NCBI GenBank assembly: GCA_009602735.1
Contig: WELA01002202.1
Span: 1-64,000 of the forward strand
Source of the DNA: Mesotaenium endlicherianum
Taxonomy: Eukaryota
Direction of reading: 5' to 3'
DNA: 64,000 bases
Shown one piece after another: positions 59,653-64,000 of the stretch. The position numbers were made by a program, and so were the translations under genes. Below the pieces are notes generated by a model. The model was not told where the DNA came from, did not search any database, and worked only from the letters and a program-made list of their open reading frames with translations. Position 1 is the stretch's first letter, and each line of letters opens with the position of its first letter.

Positions 59653-61603
59653 GTTCGAGGACCACAGCGCCAGCAAGCTCCCAGAGGAGCAGGCCAGGGT
59701 GGTCGGCTGGACACGCCAGCTGGCAGCTGTCAGCCGTGGGAGGCAGCACCGTCAGTAGCGCTCGGTCAGCGCAGCCAGCAGAACCAGCAGCCACCTTGGA
59801 CCAAGCTAAGCCTTCGCAGCCCCGGGTGAAGGGCGCGGGAGTCAGCGAGTTTTTCGAGAGAGACATCGTCAACTATGGTGATCGCTACGAGCGCCCTGAC
59901 CGGTTCCCTCGGCTGAAGGCGTCCGGGCCCCGCCACGTGGCGCCCCAGGAGTGGCTCCGACGACTGCGGCAGGACCTGCACCAGCTGTGCGGAGATGACG
60001 CTCTTGGTCTAACTCCGGGGCCGTCCGCAAGCGGAGGAGCCTGTCTGGAAGAGGGGCCACCAGCTGGCGAGGCTGACGAAATTGCCCGGCGGCATCGCCT
60101 GCTGCTCGCTCAAGGGCGGCTCGAGGAGTGCGTGGAGCTCATCAGCAGCGACAGTGCTGCGCGCAGGTAGGCGCCAGGAGTTAGCCCGCTACTAGTTTTT
60201 AAACTCCCCCATGCCCCGCCTGTCCTTCCCTTCCCTTTCTTTCCTAGCCCTTGCCCTTGTCTCCTCTGCAGCCGCCGTTTCTCGCCCATCAGCAGCAGTC
60301 CTGCACTTCTGAGTCAGCCCCTTCGCCTACGTAAGGCTTCCCCAGGCTTCCCCTTCTCTTCCTCCCATCTCCCTTCGCTCACCTCGTCCTCTTGCTCAAT
60401 CAGGGCAGAGCTGCTGATCGTGGCTGTGGCTGCAGTCCAGTGCCGGCTCTGCCAGGTGTCACGCTGATTGCGCCAAGCCCTGTCCAGAATGCTTGAGCCG
60501 GGTTGCATCTGAATGTTTGTGACTATTGAATCGGTTACCTTACACGGGCGGGGCCGGAGCAGCTTGTTTCGGCAGTCAGGTAGGTGGGGGGTGATATCCT
60601 TATACTGGGGCTTGCTGTGCCTCGTATGGAGGGTTTGCATCAGTAGAGGGCACTACACACGAGGCCCCAAGAAGTCATCACTGTAATTGCGGTTTTTTTT
60701 TTGGGGNNNNNNNNNNNNNNNNNNNNNNNNNNNNNNNNNNNNNNNNNNNNNNNNNNNNNNNNNNNNNNNGGGGGGGTGAGGAGGGGGGAGGAGGGGGTTA
60801 ATTTGGCGGAGCTTGCCACTCATATACAGCGGCGCGGTCATATGTCGATTTATCTAGGCACTCGATGCCCCTGTGTCGCATAAGAGCTTCTTTTAGGGGT
60901 GTCTTGTCTTTGAGACCCTTGATGTCGTGGGTAGCAGCTCCCTGAAGGGCATGTGCTTGTCAAGAAACCTGTCAGATTTTTTTTCTGGTGGTTGTCTCTG
61001 TGAAGGCTCACAACTTTGGTGGGGTGTGTGTGCCACAGCCGTGCGAGAGAAGGGGTCCTCAGAGCAGGCTTCCCTCCCATCCTCCAACCGTAGACCAACG
61101 CACAAAGAGGATGAGAAGCAAGCACCATCTCCTCCTCATGGGTTACGAATAGGATGGGCCAAAATGCATGCCCGGGCAACGACCCAGTGGGGGCAATCCC
61201 ACCGACAGACAAAGAGCACTCACATGCCCCGTTCTCCTACTCACGTGAGCCATGCATGTCCCATTCCAACTTGCTTTTATTGGCGGGGCGGCGGCGGCGG
61301 CGGCGACGAGGCCGGGGGAAATGCAGGTCGGAGCAGGCGCAAGCGCAGGCGGCGGGGGGCGGCGGGGGACTGGACCACGAGGGCGTGCTGTGCGCGGCGC
61401 TGGCGGGCGGCAACGTGGAGGTGGCATTCGAGTACGCGTCCCTGCTGGCGCCGCCATCTGTGCACTGGTACAACGTGCTCATGGCGTGCTTCGTGTGCGC
61501 GCGCCACCACGACGGCCTGCTGCTGGCCCTTGGCACCCTGCAGCGCCGCGGCCTGCGGCCGGACGCGCTCACCGTCGCGCTCCTCGTCGCGGGCCATCAC
61601 CAG
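59653..61603 (+). CDS. Pentatricopeptide-repeat protein, partial (exons ~59653-60166 and ~61327-61603)
   Basis: S/R/A-rich, transit-peptide-like start; a 35-aa PPR motif VHWYNVLMACF...LQRRGLRPD; phase-compatible splice sites. Start and downstream exons not found. Confidence 0.65.
60707..60769. other. Assembly gap (N run) flanked by poly-G
   Basis: Read directly from the sequence. Confidence 0.99.
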
Positions 61604-64000
61604 GTGCTGCTGCTGTGGACGTGTGACCTCCCGGCCTTTGCCCTTGTCTCAAGAGCAGCCTCTCTCCTTGCCACACCTCCGTAACCTCTAAAGTCAACCC
61701 TTAAAACAGTAATTGGTAGCCTCCTCGTCTCCCTCCCCTTTAGTGGCGGCGTAGGGGGCGGGGAGTCCTTACGGGCGAATCTACTCCTGGCGGCATTCTT
61801 CGTACAAAGCGAAGGGCCTAGAAGAGCAACTGGCTTCTGGCTGCACCCAGTCAATCAGCGCCTCCCCAACGAGAGGCCGGCGTGTCTGAGGCTTTAGTCT
61901 CTTCCGGCCAGCGGGGCTTTGCGCCCGCCCTGCAGCGCCGCCTTTGCATCGCCTGAGCTTGCCAGCTGGCAGCTTCTTTGCTCTCTAGCTGTGAATCTGG
62001 CTGATGGCTCCTCCGGGTACCATTCGAATCCTAGTTAACACGTGTCGAGCCTGTGCCTGTGCATGTATGTGAGACGTAGTTTTGCAGGCAGGAGAGCTGC
62101 AGGAGGCCGAGAGGGTCTATGGAGAAGCCCTTGCTGTGGGGACGATCTCAGGCGCTGTGTCTCTGGAGGCTTTGAAGGAGGCGGCTGCACTTCCAAGCAG
62201 CTGACTGGATCTCCTTGTGAGACGGGTCCAGGTTGAGTCGGAAACCTCGTGAATCTGCCGCCATATGCGCACGTGCTATGTATTCGCCTTGGCACCGACG
62301 ATAGTAGGTATTCTGGGGGAAGTGACATGGTTTGTCCAGCGTGTAGCCCGGGACAGCATTTCGGTTGGCGATTGATGCGTGATTGATGCATGGAGGCCAT
62401 CATGTCACCCAAGCCTGTGGAGGATGTGAACTTATGTTACAGTTAATTGGGGTATTGGAGAACTCATAACCTGCCAGGTAGCATGGTGTGAAGCGCTTAT
62501 CGGGAGAGCGGTAGAGCCAGGCTCGTTCGGGTATAGTTCTCGGTTTTGTACAATTTGCATTTCATTTGTTTTGTTGTTGTTCCACTGCTGATGGTCACAA
62601 GCATGCTCAGAGCTTTGGCGCGGAATAAGTTTGTATCACATGTATCTCGAAAGGCCTTTTTGGAGACACATGAGTATGTTTTAGTGCTGTTCGCGGCACA
62701 TGAGGTGTGCCGAGCCTGTGGGGGTCGCAACTAATAGGATCACTGGCTAATGAGTGTCTAAGCAACCGCACTAAACCCCAATGGCTGATCATAAGGAAAG
62801 CGTACTGCCTGGGCCAAGTAAGGAAGGCCCAAGGGAAACTGTTGGTGAGAGATGTTCAGCAAACTGGAGCATCTTTGAGCAGGGATGCTCCAGACTCCAT
62901 GTCCAGTAGAGTGAGGACCTCCTCTTCAAGACTGCTTCCCCTCAAGCTCAATCACCTTCAAGCCTTTTAGATGCACTGAGAAGGCACCTGGCAAGAGAAG
63001 GAGAGACTGAAGAGGGCAAATGCATTTGAGTTTACAAGGGTAGGGGTTGTGGCTTGCCACCTAGTGCAGCCAGGACCCCAAAAATGAAAAAGAACCTGAC
63101 CCGCAGACTAAGCTAACAAGGACCCAATTACTCCCCCCAAGCTGAGGCCTTGAGGCCGAGTCAGCTGCAATTGGGTCAGAACCAAGCGCCAATGGGAACG
63201 CAGCTAAGTGGAGGTGTGAAAATAACCGGCGTTACATGTCTCGCGAAGCAGCCTTTGGGCGGGGCAGTTCCGCTTCAACAAACGTAGCACGGGTGGTTGG
63301 CTGGAAAAGCGGCTATTGTGGGGTCATGTTCAAGTTGAAGGATGGGTAGATGGCAAGACAAAGGGCAAATTACCAAAATAGCCCCAAACTTCACATAATG
63401 AACCAGACCCAGCGCTGAACTTTCAAAGAATTCCAAAGTCGGACTCGCACATGCAGTCCTAGTCAACATTAGAACCAGCTGGCAAAGCTGGCGTGAGAAT
63501 GTATTCCACGCGAAAATTGGCCTGAGAAAACATTTTTGCCCTTTTCGCATAAACCTGAACCTAAAAACCTTTTTCACGATAAATACTTGTGACTACTTAT
63601 AACCTGCTTAAAAATATATGGCAATATTTAAGATCCTTGCCAGCCCTAACAAAAAGAAAGTTACACAAAGTCCTGGCGGGCCGGGCCTGTTGGGGCAGGG
63701 AGTTGACGGGAATTGATTCTTTCGCGATTTCAGGAGGGGGGGCCGAATAGCATGGGAAAAACCATCCGCGACCATGGATTGGGCTGTATATACATATGTC
63801 GTGACGTCTACACTGAAAATAATATCTTCGGAATTGAGAAACTATTTAATATTTTCCGCATCACCTTCTCATTCTCAGATCTACAACAGAAAGGCTTGTC
63901 ATGTTAGTTTTCGCGTGGAATACACTCTCATGCCGGGTTTGCCAGCTGGTTCTGATGTTGACTAGGACTGCATGTGCGAGTTCGACGTTGGAATTTTTAG

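Noticed and set aside
50005..62412. Numerous overlapping 60-270 aa ORFs in the GC-rich region
   Set aside because: Shadow ORFs from high GC content and microsatellites; the spliced gene models explain the real coding segments.

Overview
Eukaryotic genomic window. The plant-type initiator-Met primer sites, chromovirus-type Ty3/Gypsy elements and GC-rich multi-exon genes with microsatellite-rich introns suggest a green plant or streptophyte alga; this is an inference. Bases 1-49.1 kb are a stack of nested LTR retrotransposons that can be unpicked from target-site duplications (TSDs), six layers deep: E2 > D > B' > E1 > C > {A, B}. Further right lie a fragment A'' and a decayed copy A' carrying two solo LTRs. 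The most notable system is element E1 (minus strand), whose decayed polyprotein reads Gag (two zinc knuckles) - aspartic protease - C5-cytosine DNA methyltransferase with motifs I-X in order. Its reading frame rejoins in phase across a 21-kb later insertion. Element A is an intact chromovirus with a canonical -1 frameshift signal and a third, non-Env ORF of unknown function. That ORF is preceded by a TACTAAC...CAG splice acceptor and is conserved in three copies. B-family LTRs contain a tRNA-like A/B-box module. Bases 50-64 kb hold a 9+-exon D-2-hydroxyacid dehydrogenase gene (minus strand) and part of a PPR gene (plus strand). All calls come from manual reading; no database searches were run.
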